Part shown: positions 9,301 to 16,783 of the stretch, in pieces
How positions within the stretch are numbered: the first letter of the stretch is position 1
Layout of the letters: the number at the start of each line of letters is the position of its first letter
Virus record (IMG/VR): IMGVR_UViG_3300025000_000132
Span: 1-54,244 of that record
DNA length: 54,244 nt
Direction: 5' to 3' (one strand)
DNA from: a virus
Lineage: Duplodnaviria > Caudoviricetes
Made by a program: the position numbers and the translations under genes
Notes under the pieces: generated by a model
Seen by the model: only the letters and a program-made list of their open reading frames with translations
Database searches by the model: none
What the model was told of the DNA's origin: nothing

Positions 9301-9333
9301 TATGCGGTGAGCTACGGGGACTGTGAAAAGTAA
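6301..9333 (+). CDS. polA: Family A DNA polymerase with 3'-5' exonuclease, intein-containing
   Basis: Exo motifs DWET, HTHFD, YCCND; TGR motif; motif A DLGQIEAR; motif B K-ASVLG/CGYG split by intein; ENIIQ; motif C YDE. Likely start is ATG 6301, not 5983. Confidence 0.92.
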   Translation: MIKVVLDWETAYGKHPATQENITLSKMTTEEYVRHPLFKVHGLGVKIERERAFYIYKRDDLLHFLKTHPWQESFVVCHHTHFDGAILSWRAGIKPAFWGCTLSMARALYPHESVSLANIARLLHLGEKGHELVNFINLWDLADEQQRILGGYCCNDVEMTSDAFDAMKRNFPPSELRLIDLTIRLFTEPVLQVERGILIEEYKRERRSKRALLKKCATDKSVLASNDQFAALLLTLGVDPPKKLSPSKVKDGRVDPDNAGEPPLGILPSFKTAGLPVEDRVRMKEEKNSYPWAYAFGKSDEEFKMLLDHPDEQVQAVVEARMGIKSTIKETRSKRFFKIGKRGAFPVYHNYYGARTGRDSGGDKQNTTNLNRVDPRDPTSGALRRSLNAPEKHVLVVRDLGQIEARKLSYTAGQEDLLDLFRAGGDPYNRQATKIFGYEVNRKLDEFWLEGLAGKASVLGCLGGDTKVLTNRGWVDIVSVRATDTVWDGERFVTHAGVVPKGERECLKAFGVTITPDHEILTESSWQEWQSVLTSSSLFQSALSKASLQSSNGEQKEQTTDPTGGTRGADALAAGRVLYYGIIFAEGFQRAATTVQKKLPEFLRKTTLATLPLLRTHTTESDYLIEYLRAFKDAITRAINSMITTVAEELRCTHLGLKIGKNFLLTCVLCPTGMLLTMNSIEKTMTKGTSREIFDLYHHARMQATKVPSPSYESSTPFLKLKTQTYDIAFAGPRNRFAILTDKGPLLVHNCGYGMGWSKFQESLRVGFMGMPSIIFGAKESEKLGADIDTFCHQRSYKPGYAFLRDEALALKPLNVNEEAHLWHCAAVKQIVDKYRQSNKAIVDFWGEAQRALDAIVRGETIPVGKRNLVTTCPEGFLLPNGMKIRYYKLQRNDSGEFRYLSNRRKNEWSYLYGGKAVENIIQALARIVLTDQMLEINRWLKLQRQRDAGKIYSVVTSTYDEVVCCVPFYRADDCLQMMKEVMATAPAWCPDLPLKSSGGYAVSYGDCEK
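7681..8550 (+). mobile_element. Intein in PolA motif B (290 aa)
   Basis: Block A CLGGDTKVLT, block B TPDH, block F TYDI, block G LLVHN followed by Cys; removal restores KASVLG-CGYG. Confidence 0.93.
7815..8549 (+). CDS. HNH-type homing endonuclease nested out of frame within the PolA intein
   Basis: AAAGGAGA at 7801-7808 before ATG 7815; CRCSCG, RCHNP..YGGRGIKV, LDREDNDKGYEPGNLRF..N motifs. Confidence 0.85.
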   Translation: MSEGFRSNHNTGPRNLDGKFVAGVAVGPYKQFPFPVGFEQGELTIVEWRAKRTNNRPDGWHPWCRCSCGWEGFILRDNFRRGLSTRCNNCAKKATGVFKKNYFGYASIVEDSYHRERLLNRISACVQRCHNPRNKQYDNYGGRGIKVYTPWLEDRKEFLAYLCTLPDWDVAHYELDREDNDKGYEPGNLRFVPSRKNASNKGSLAKLRKQYALLEVENADLRHRLRRAEEQVRNLNRQRSFVGA

Positions 9334-9343
9334 AGGAGGAGCC

Positions 9344-9547
9344 ATGCCCGCAAGAGTCAGCAAAAAGTGGACAGATGACGACAGAGAAGATCTTTTATGT
9401 AAGATTGCTGAGACGATAGATGATTTTTCTGTTGCTTATAAATACACACCCGCCTCAGTAGTTCGTCAAGTCCGTAAGATGTTGGAAGGGGATGTTGTCC
9501 CCAAAGAAATAAAAAAAGATCGAAAAAGCAGGAAGTATTATTCTTAA
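9344..9547 (+). CDS. Small hypothetical protein
   Basis: AAGGAGG RBS before ATG 9344. Confidence 0.6.
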   Translation: MPARVSKKWTDDDREDLLCKIAETIDDFSVAYKYTPASVVRQVRKMLEGDVVPKEIKKDRKSRKYYS

Positions 9548-9616
9548 AAGGTAAACCCCGCAACTTTTTGCTTGCAATAGTTTGTAAACCATGTCACAGT
9601 AAGGTGTGCGCTGGAC

Positions 9617-9674
9617 GATGCCCTCGCAGGATCGCACTCTGGCTGGGTAACTGACTGCGAGGGCATCATTTTTC
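9617..9674 (+). terminator. 13-bp stem-loop with T tract (terminator or attenuator)
   Basis: GATGCCCTCGCAG (9617-9629) pairs with CTGCGAGGGCATC (9655-9667), followed by ATTTTTC. Confidence 0.55.
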
Positions 9675-9687
9675 TAAGGAGGAGAGT

Positions 9688-9912
9688 ATGAAAGCATACA
9701 TATCTAGGGATACATTAATAAAGCTGATCAGGGAGCACACGGTCATCACCAAAGCAACTGACCTCCCAGATAACTGGCAATGGTTCAACACATCAGATGG
9801 AATCCTGTCTTGGGACTTTGTTATGCTTGACAAGGTACTTGTTGAGGTAGAACCATGCCCAGACTGGGTGAATGCGCCGTCTCCGTTGAGCAAATATTTG
9901 GAGGAAAAATGA
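9688..9912 (+). CDS. Small hypothetical protein
   Basis: AAGGAGG RBS. Confidence 0.6.
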   Translation: MKAYISRDTLIKLIREHTVITKATDLPDNWQWFNTSDGILSWDFVMLDKVLVEVEPCPDWVNAPSPLSKYLEEK

Positions 9913-10622
9913 CCCAACCACTAAACGCCAAGGGCAAGCCCTTCAGCTGGAGCTACACCGCCCTCAACGACTTCGACGGCTCAGGTGGCTGCCCCAAGCG
10001 CTACGCCGCCAACCGCTTCTACTGCGTGATCCCTTGGGTAGACACCGAGGCCGTAATTTGGGGCAACCGCGTCCACAAAGCAGGAGAGCTTTTCCTGAAA
10101 GGCATCCCGCACCCGGACATCGAAGCGTTGAAGCCCGTCGAGAAATATGCGACGGCTATGCTCCGCTCCGGCCATAAGGTCGAGGCTGAGCTTGAGATCG
10201 CCCTGACCCGGCAGCTGAAGCCGGTGAGCTGGTTCGCCAAGGATGCCTGGTTCAGGGCCAAGCTCGACGTAGTGGTCACTAAGGTTAAGGAGTCCTCAGT
10301 CAATCTCTTCGACTGGAAAACGGGAGGCAAGATCAAGGACGACGAGGACCAGCTGCGGGTCTGCGCCGCCGCCCTGTCAGTGGTCAGGCCGTACCTGCAG
10401 GAGTTCGGTGGCAAATACATCTGGACCAAGCACCAGCAGACGACCGGCATCAAGCCAATCACCAAGGCGGAGATCCCCAAGGTCTGGCAGGAGTTCCTAC
10501 CCCGAGTGCAGAGGATGGAGGATGCCTGGGCGTCGGAGCGCTTCCCGGCCAGGCCGTCCGGCTTGTGTCCATACTGTGCTGTAAATGATTGCGCCTCACG
10601 GCGCGGGGAGAAGAGAGTATGA
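9909..10622 (+). CDS. PD-(D/E)XK (Cas4-like) exonuclease
   Basis: SWSYTAL..CPKRY, GNRVH, E..KLD..DWKTG, C-terminal CPYC..C; start ATG 9909. Confidence 0.85.
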   Translation: MTQPLNAKGKPFSWSYTALNDFDGSGGCPKRYAANRFYCVIPWVDTEAVIWGNRVHKAGELFLKGIPHPDIEALKPVEKYATAMLRSGHKVEAELEIALTRQLKPVSWFAKDAWFRAKLDVVVTKVKESSVNLFDWKTGGKIKDDEDQLRVCAAALSVVRPYLQEFGGKYIWTKHQQTTGIKPITKAEIPKVWQEFLPRVQRMEDAWASERFPARPSGLCPYCAVNDCASRRGEKRV

Positions 10623-10930
10623 AAATAAAAAGCAAGTGGTCAATGGAAAAAGCCGACTGGGACAAAACTTTTCAAAAGTATACCAACCGGAGGGTCATTC
10701 CGCTGCCAGATAAGGACATTGAGATGCTTATCATGACAACGGAGCGTGGAGATATTCTTCGGTTTGTCGGGGGCCCTACCGGACACGAATCTTATTATGT
10801 CTCCGACCTATTGGAGCACCCACTGCCAGAAGGCTCCGACGATTTCTGTATCTGTGCTGGGACTGTCAACAGTTGGCCGATGTGCCTAGTCTCTAAAAAG
10901 GAAGTTTTTGCTTTCCTGAGAAAGGAATAA
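10619..10930 (+). CDS. Hypothetical protein
   Basis: ATGA overlap with upstream gene. Confidence 0.6.
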   Translation: MKIKSKWSMEKADWDKTFQKYTNRRVIPLPDKDIEMLIMTTERGDILRFVGGPTGHESYYVSDLLEHPLPEGSDDFCICAGTVNSWPMCLVSKKEVFAFLRKE

Positions 10931-11064
10931 ACCATGATCACCTCATACGAAGACTACATCGACTGGTGCTGGGATAGGGATCAGGAGCCGCTGTCCGAGG
11001 ATGAGTGGGCGGCAGAGGTTGAACAAGCCCGGGCCGACAGGCTCATAAACCAACAAGGAGATGG

Positions 11065-11760
11065 ATGATGCCAAGTGAACTGAGGAAGGATGATTTGCGC
11101 CTGATTGTTACACGTCTGCCGAAAGATATCCGGAAACTAATTATGGAGCGAGGGTTGTTACTCGGTGGAGGGTTTATCAGAGCTACAATCGCAGGAGAAA
11201 AACCTTCCGATGTGGATTTGTTCGGGGCCACAAAAGATCAGCTCGAAGCCGCCAGTCGCAAGCTGAACGCAGATCGTCCTGGATCAAGGTTTCATTCATC
11301 AAAAAATGCTTTTACTGTGCTGACTGGTTCTCGGATGCCTGTACAGTTCATCCATAGATGGTTGTTTACCAGTGCTGTAGAATGCACAGACTCCTTTGAT
11401 TTTACTGTGGCACAAGCCGTTGTCTGGTCCGAGAACGATGAGTGGAAATCTACTTGCCACTCGGACTTTTATGCGGATTTGGCCGCTCGACGGCTGACGT
11501 ACTGCTCTCCAAAGCGGAATGAGGACGCCGGCGGATCATTGCTGCGGGTTAGGAAGTTTCTGTCTCGAGGGTACAATATCCAAGCGCCAAGCTTTGCCGC
11601 AGTTATTGCTCGCCTTTGCAGCGCAGTTGAGTGGGCAAAGATACAAGATGAGGAGCAGTCTGCAAAAGTTCTGTGCGGGCTGCTTAGAGAGGTGGATCCA
11701 CTCATTGCTGTGGACGGGCTTGACTTGGTTGACGAACACGAAGTTTTGGAGGAAAAATGA
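11065..11760 (+). CDS. Pol-beta superfamily nucleotidyltransferase (tRNA NTase / poly(A) polymerase head-like)
   Basis: GGFIR..DVDLF signature and FDFT motif. Confidence 0.7.
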   Translation: MMPSELRKDDLRLIVTRLPKDIRKLIMERGLLLGGGFIRATIAGEKPSDVDLFGATKDQLEAASRKLNADRPGSRFHSSKNAFTVLTGSRMPVQFIHRWLFTSAVECTDSFDFTVAQAVVWSENDEWKSTCHSDFYADLAARRLTYCSPKRNEDAGGSLLRVRKFLSRGYNIQAPSFAAVIARLCSAVEWAKIQDEEQSAKVLCGLLREVDPLIAVDGLDLVDEHEVLEEK

Positions 11761-12584
11761 AACCAGTAACAGTTCTCTACCACTCAGACGCTGACGGCTT
11801 TGCTTCAGCCTACGCAGCCTGGAGAGTCTACCAGGACACGGCGACCTACATCCCGGTCCAGTACAACCAGCCGGTACCGGAGATCCCTGAGGGCACCACG
11901 CACCTGCTCATCGTTGATTTCTCCTACGACCGGGAGACCTGTGACGCCCTAGCCGCCAAGTATGCGCTGCTGGTGATAGATCATCATAAATCTGCGGAGG
12001 AGAACCTACGAGGCAGCAACTACGCCATTTTCAGCATGAACAAGTCCGGCTGCGCCCTGACCTGGGAGTATTTCCATAAACGTGAGTCGATGCCTGCCAT
12101 CCTCGCTTATGTGCAGGACAGAGACCTGTGGAAGTTCGAGTTACCGGACTCGGAGACCATTAACCTCTACATTGCCACTCTGCCTTTCGAGTTTGGTATC
12201 TGGCACACTGAAGCCACGCATCCAGACTTCATCCTCAGTGCTTACAACGCCGGCAGCTACATCCAGACCTTTCGTAACGGCCAGATCAAAGCTGCCCTGC
12301 GCGACGTTCGGTTTATGTTCTGGGACATCCACGAGGTGCCAGTGCTGAACGCCTCAACAAATGTTTCAGAGATAGGCAACGAACTCTGTCGGGTCTACCC
12401 AGACGCCCCGTTCTCTGCGACCTATTGCGACAGAAAAGGGGTGCGGTCGTGGTCGTTGCGATCGGTTGGTGACTTCGATGTTTCTGAGGTGGCTCGGCGG
12501 TATAATGGCGGCGGACATCGGAACTCGGCTGGGTTTGCTACTGAGATCGGGGAATTTCCTGCTGGCTTTCTTTGGGGGGAGTGA
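11757..12584 (+). CDS. DHH/DHHA1 phosphoesterase
   Basis: YHSDADG, IVDFS, IDHH, DRDLW, SLRS, GGGH motifs. Confidence 0.88.
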   Translation: MKPVTVLYHSDADGFASAYAAWRVYQDTATYIPVQYNQPVPEIPEGTTHLLIVDFSYDRETCDALAAKYALLVIDHHKSAEENLRGSNYAIFSMNKSGCALTWEYFHKRESMPAILAYVQDRDLWKFELPDSETINLYIATLPFEFGIWHTEATHPDFILSAYNAGSYIQTFRNGQIKAALRDVRFMFWDIHEVPVLNASTNVSEIGNELCRVYPDAPFSATYCDRKGVRSWSLRSVGDFDVSEVARRYNGGGHRNSAGFATEIGEFPAGFLWGE

Positions 12585-12901
12585 TGAGTGTTGAGCACGA
12601 AGAATCGAAGTGTAGCAACTGTGGGGTAACTGGGGACTTCTGTGGGTATCACCACCTTAGCAGAGACAAGATTAGCCTCTGTGTTGCGTGTGCAGAACAG
12701 GACATTGATGTGTTGCAGATAACACTTGCCGGGGAGAAGACAGGCGGAATCATAACTCCGTCAATAGAGGAAGCGATTGAAACCATGTCAGCCATTATCA
12801 GAGAAATGAAAGACGCTGAGGTAGGGGATGGATACACTGTCTGGAAGAGATCAATGCGGAGGTTGCTGGTTGTGACTACGCCTGAGTTTCAGGGGTTCTA
12901 A
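12584..12901 (+). CDS. Hypothetical protein with CxxC pairs
   Basis: CSNC and CVAC; coupled stop/start overlaps. Confidence 0.6.
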   Translation: MSVEHEESKCSNCGVTGDFCGYHHLSRDKISLCVACAEQDIDVLQITLAGEKTGGIITPSIEEAIETMSAIIREMKDAEVGDGYTVWKRSMRRLLVVTTPEFQGF

Positions 12902-13275
12902 TGAGCACTCCAGAGGGGGTTGTAAAAAACCTTGCCCGCGATCTCCTCGCCCGCTACGACATCCAGCCGGCCAGCAAGGCAGGGACATTCAAACAGGCTG
13001 CCGGCTGGTACTACTTTGCAGTACAAGGCATGATGTCGGTGAAAGGCATTCCGGACATAATAGGGCAGTACCGAGGAATTTTCTTCGGGGTAGAACTAAA
13101 GGCCCCCGGTAAGAAGCCCACAGGCTTCCAGGCGCTGCAACTCGACGCCATCTCCTGCTCCGGAGGCAGTTGCTTCATTGTAGACGGGCCTGAGACTTTG
13201 AAGGTGTTTGAGGAGTGGTTGGAAGAGATTGACGAGGGAGCTAATTTCCGAGAGTTCTTGGACTCTGAGAGGTGA
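12901..13275 (+). CDS. VRR-NUC domain nuclease
   Basis: PEGVVK..GIPDII..GVELKAPGKKPTGFQ. Confidence 0.88.
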   Translation: MSTPEGVVKNLARDLLARYDIQPASKAGTFKQAAGWYYFAVQGMMSVKGIPDIIGQYRGIFFGVELKAPGKKPTGFQALQLDAISCSGGSCFIVDGPETLKVFEEWLEEIDEGANFREFLDSER

Positions 13276-13279
13276 GATT

Positions 13280-13438
13280 ATGGACTGGTTTGGATTCTGG
13301 ATATTTGCTGCTGTGTTTGTCGTCTGCGACTGTTGGGTATTTTCTCAAGGCTACGACTCTTTTTTACAGCACCACAAAACTCCTGAAGAGAAAGAACTGC
13401 AGAGGATAAAAATAGAGCGGCAGCGAGCTAAAAAATGA
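13280..13438 (+). CDS. Small membrane protein
   Basis: GAGGTG RBS; hydrophobic N-terminus. Confidence 0.55.
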   Translation: MDWFGFWIFAAVFVVCDCWVFSQGYDSFLQHHKTPEEKELQRIKIERQRAKK

Positions 13439-14991
13439 CCATCCGCGTCCTAAACGACCACTACGTCCTCCAGACCGACAACGCCGGCCAGTTCCGCGCC
13501 CTGTTCCCTGATCTCAAGGAGGCGGTGGTGCAGGGCCGGCAGTTCGTTGCCGTGCCACACACCCTTGAGGTCGCCCGGGTACTCAATAACATCGGGGTTA
13601 AGGTCCAGAGCCCAATCAGGACGCAGTATGATTGGCCTGGGAGGTACACTCCGAGGTGGTATCAGATTGAATCAGCGGAGTTTTTCACCTTCTACTCCCG
13701 CTGCTACTGTTTGTCAGAAATGCGTACGGGAAAAACCCTCAGTGCCCTCTGGGCTGCCGACTACCTCCGCCGTGCCGGCAAGATCCGCCGCACCCTGATC
13801 GCCGCCCCGCTCTCTACCATCTACGATGTCTGGGAGCAGAACATCTTCGAGAGTTTCCCGCTGCGCACCTTCGCCGTCCTGCACGGCAGCCGGCAGAAGC
13901 GCCTTGAGCTACTCGCTCGGCCGCATGATTTTTACATCGTCAATCACCACGGAGTAGGACTCATCGAAGAGGCCCTCGCCGCCCGGCCAGACATCGACCT
14001 GGTGATCGTTGATGAGTTAGCAGAACTTCGCTCAGCAAAAAATAAGAAGGGCGTTCTGTGGGCGCCGATGAACCGGGTGCTGAACAAGCAGGGCATCGTC
14101 CGCTCCGCCTGGGGCTTGACCGGTACACCGACTCCTAATGAACCCCCTGATGCCTTCGGGCAGTGCAAGCTGATCACCCCTGAGAACTACCGTGGCCACT
14201 TCACCAGTTTCAAGCAGGAAACCATGCTGCAGTTCGGGCCGTTCAAGTGGGTGCCGAAGAAAGGGGCGGAAGAGTCCGTTGCTCGGATCTTGAAACCTGC
14301 CATCCGCTTCAAGCGCACAGTCTGCTCCACCATGGAGCCGTGCTTCATCGACCGCAGGGCGCAACTGTCGGCGGAGCAGGAGAGGGCATACAAGCAGCTG
14401 CGCAATCAGGCCGCCACCGACCTGAGAGGGCAGACAGTTACAGCAGTTAACGCTGCGGTATTATTAAGTAAATTGATCCAGGTGAGCTGCGGCGTGGCTT
14501 ATGATGCGGAAGGTAAGTTGGTCAAGTTCGACTTCGGCCCGCGCCTGAAAGTCCTTGAGGAACTGATCGAGGCCAACAATGAGAAGGTCCTGGTCTTCGT
14601 ACCATTCACCGGAGTCTTGAACACCCTCGCCACTGAGCTCCGCAAACGCTGGTCAGTAGCGGTGGTCGACGGCAGTGTCTCGGCCGGCCGGCGGGCTCAG
14701 ATCTTCCGAGAGTTCCGCTCACTGCCCGATCCCTGGATTATCATGGCCAACCCGGACACCATGGCCCATGGCCTTGACCTCACCGCCGCCTCGCTGTCGA
14801 TCTGGTACGCTCCTTATCTGAAAGCAGCTAAGGTCCAGCAGGCCAACGCCAGGACAGACGGCTCGAAGCAGTCAGCAAAGATCGACATCGCTCATATCTA
14901 CGCAACGGCCGAGGAAAAGAGAGCTTATGATGTCCTGCTCGGCAAAGGTCGTTTCCAAGACGTCGTCTTGGAGATGGCAAATAAAAAGTAA
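13435..14991 (+). CDS. SNF2-like superfamily 2 helicase
   Basis: Walker A EMRTGKT, Walker B IVDE, motif III LTGTP, HGLDLTAA. Confidence 0.9.
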   Translation: MTIRVLNDHYVLQTDNAGQFRALFPDLKEAVVQGRQFVAVPHTLEVARVLNNIGVKVQSPIRTQYDWPGRYTPRWYQIESAEFFTFYSRCYCLSEMRTGKTLSALWAADYLRRAGKIRRTLIAAPLSTIYDVWEQNIFESFPLRTFAVLHGSRQKRLELLARPHDFYIVNHHGVGLIEEALAARPDIDLVIVDELAELRSAKNKKGVLWAPMNRVLNKQGIVRSAWGLTGTPTPNEPPDAFGQCKLITPENYRGHFTSFKQETMLQFGPFKWVPKKGAEESVARILKPAIRFKRTVCSTMEPCFIDRRAQLSAEQERAYKQLRNQAATDLRGQTVTAVNAAVLLSKLIQVSCGVAYDAEGKLVKFDFGPRLKVLEELIEANNEKVLVFVPFTGVLNTLATELRKRWSVAVVDGSVSAGRRAQIFREFRSLPDPWIIMANPDTMAHGLDLTAASLSIWYAPYLKAAKVQQANARTDGSKQSAKIDIAHIYATAEEKRAYDVLLGKGRFQDVVLEMANKK

Positions 14992-15010
14992 ACCCCTTCA
15001 CAAATAATTG

Positions 15011-15039
15011 TTGACAACCCGTTTACAAAGGGCTAAGGT
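15011..15039 (+). promoter_or_regulatory. Sigma70-like promoter
   Basis: TTGACA (15011-15016), 17 nt spacer, TAAGGT (15034-15039) in an AT-rich intergenic gap. Confidence 0.7.
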
Positions 15040-15108
15040 TGAATTGAATGAGAGAAAACGCAGCGTGGCGAAATTGGAGGCCCACTTACTTTACCGGAGG
15101 ATGAGGAG

Positions 15109-15453
15109 ATGCACTTAGAAGATATTAATAGAGAGCGAGCCGAGCTTAAAACAAAACTAGCCAAACTCGATGCGGCCGCTGCCACCAAAACTAGCAGGGT
15201 GGCTGTAATATGCGAAAGTAATCAGGCACATGGTACAGGGTGCGGCGCTGGGTTCTACATTGATGAGCTTGAGTATATCCAAACCCATTGGTACGAAAGA
15301 CCTCATGGATGTACAGGCGGAGACAATTGGCATTCAGGTGAGGGTAATTTTATCTGCCCTAAATGTGGACATAGAAACAGATTCTTAAACAGACAGGATA
15401 TTGAGAAAATGAAGTATAAGTTTAAGTCGGTGAAAGATGAACATGAGGACTGA
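15109..15453 (+). CDS. Zinc-binding hypothetical protein
   Basis: GAGGAG RBS; several Cys/His residues including CPKCGH. Confidence 0.65.
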   Translation: MHLEDINRERAELKTKLAKLDAAAATKTSRVAVICESNQAHGTGCGAGFYIDELEYIQTHWYERPHGCTGGDNWHSGEGNFICPKCGHRNRFLNRQDIEKMKYKFKSVKDEHED

Positions 15454-15502
15454 TCGGATTCTGTATGCACTCAATGCAACACAATGAATAAGGAAGTTTA
15501 AA

Positions 15503-16153
15503 ATGTCTATTTTATTTGATCATTTGATAGACGACGATACTAATTGGTACGGAGAAGAAGAGATGACCAAACCAGTAGGCATGATGAGTATGGCGGAGTA
15601 TAAGGGGCTGCACCAAGCCTGCCCGAAGTGCGACAGGGCTCCGAACCGGCTCACCAGTGTCAACTACCCGGCCCCGCCGGACCTCAACGTCGTCGAGTGC
15701 ATGTGCAACTGGATCGGCACCGTCAACGAACTGAAACCTCAAAAGAAGAAGGAGACCACCATGACTCAGACGATCACCGTTGACATGGTCATCGAGAAGT
15801 ACGTCGCCACTCGAGACCTGATCGCGGCCAAGAAAAAAGCCCTTGACGCCGAGCTTGCCGACCTCAAGGTCCTGCAAGAGAAACGTGAAGCCTGGCTGAT
15901 GTCCGAGATGAACCGGGTCGGTGCTTCCAGCATGAAGACCCCGCACGGCACCAGTTACATCGAGACCATGGACTCTGTCTCCGTGGCCGACTGGGAGACG
16001 TTCTTCGGGTGGGTCCAGGCCAACGCCGAGTTCGAGTTCCTGACCCATGCAGTATCCAAGACCGCGGTCAAGCAGCGGCTTGAGGACGGGCAGGCACCTC
16101 CGCCGGGGGTAAATTACTCAACTTTCAAAGGCATTAAGGTACGACGCAGCTAA
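15503..16153 (+). CDS. Conserved phage coiled-coil protein with an N-terminal zinc ribbon extension
   Basis: C-terminal KYVATRD..KTPHGT..DWETFF..PPPGVN; internal RBS + ATG at 15761. Confidence 0.7.
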   Translation: MSILFDHLIDDDTNWYGEEEMTKPVGMMSMAEYKGLHQACPKCDRAPNRLTSVNYPAPPDLNVVECMCNWIGTVNELKPQKKKETTMTQTITVDMVIEKYVATRDLIAAKKKALDAELADLKVLQEKREAWLMSEMNRVGASSMKTPHGTSYIETMDSVSVADWETFFGWVQANAEFEFLTHAVSKTAVKQRLEDGQAPPPGVNYSTFKGIKVRRS

Positions 16154-16199
16154 TCCACAGCCCGAAAGGGCGCAACCATCAATTATTTAGGAGCTACAA

Positions 16200-16487
16200 A
16201 TGAGCAAGGAAAAATTGCAGGAAATGTATAAAAGCCTCACCGCCACTGACCACCAATTCACTCCAGGCCAGATCGTCGAGTGGAAGCCTGGGCTGCAGAA
16301 CAAGCTTTCCAACGGCCCCTTCATCGTCGTCGAGATCTTGGACCCACCCCGCAAGAACTCTGAAGACAACACCGGTTCGCCGTATTTCTGTGAGCCACTT
16401 GATGTAATTCTCGGAAGCGTTGCCAACGACGGGGACTTTCACTGTTTTCACTACGACTCTCGCCGGATGCAGCCAGTGATCGAATAA
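16200..16487 (+). CDS. Hypothetical protein (SH3-like)
   Basis: AGGAG RBS; FTPGQIVEWKPG. Confidence 0.65.
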   Translation: MSKEKLQEMYKSLTATDHQFTPGQIVEWKPGLQNKLSNGPFIVVEILDPPRKNSEDNTGSPYFCEPLDVILGSVANDGDFHCFHYDSRRMQPVIE

Positions 16488-16523
16488 TTACTTCCCTACT
16501 TAAAAATTCCAAAGGAGCCGCAA

Positions 16524-16748
16524 ATGAATTTTACAGTTGAAGACGTTGAGAAGGCGGAAGAGAGAATGTACCCCTACATTGGTGTCTTCCCATGCGGCCT
16601 GCTTGTGCTGTTTTACGCCAAAGAATCTGGCGTGTGTATTGGTCACACAAGCGGAGAGACGAGTCGCCTTGGTGAGTTCGAGGATAACGGCTGGGCCGAG
16701 TCCAAGGCTTCCAAGTACGCTGGAAAAGTAATCCTGGCAAACGATTAA
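16524..16748 (+). CDS. Small hypothetical protein flanked by a duplicated RBS region
   Basis: AAAGGAG RBS before ATG 16524. Confidence 0.6.
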   Translation: MNFTVEDVEKAEERMYPYIGVFPCGLLVLFYAKESGVCIGHTSGETSRLGEFEDNGWAESKASKYAGKVILAND

Positions 16749-16783
16749 ATATCTACCCACTTAAAATTTCAAAGGAGCCACAA

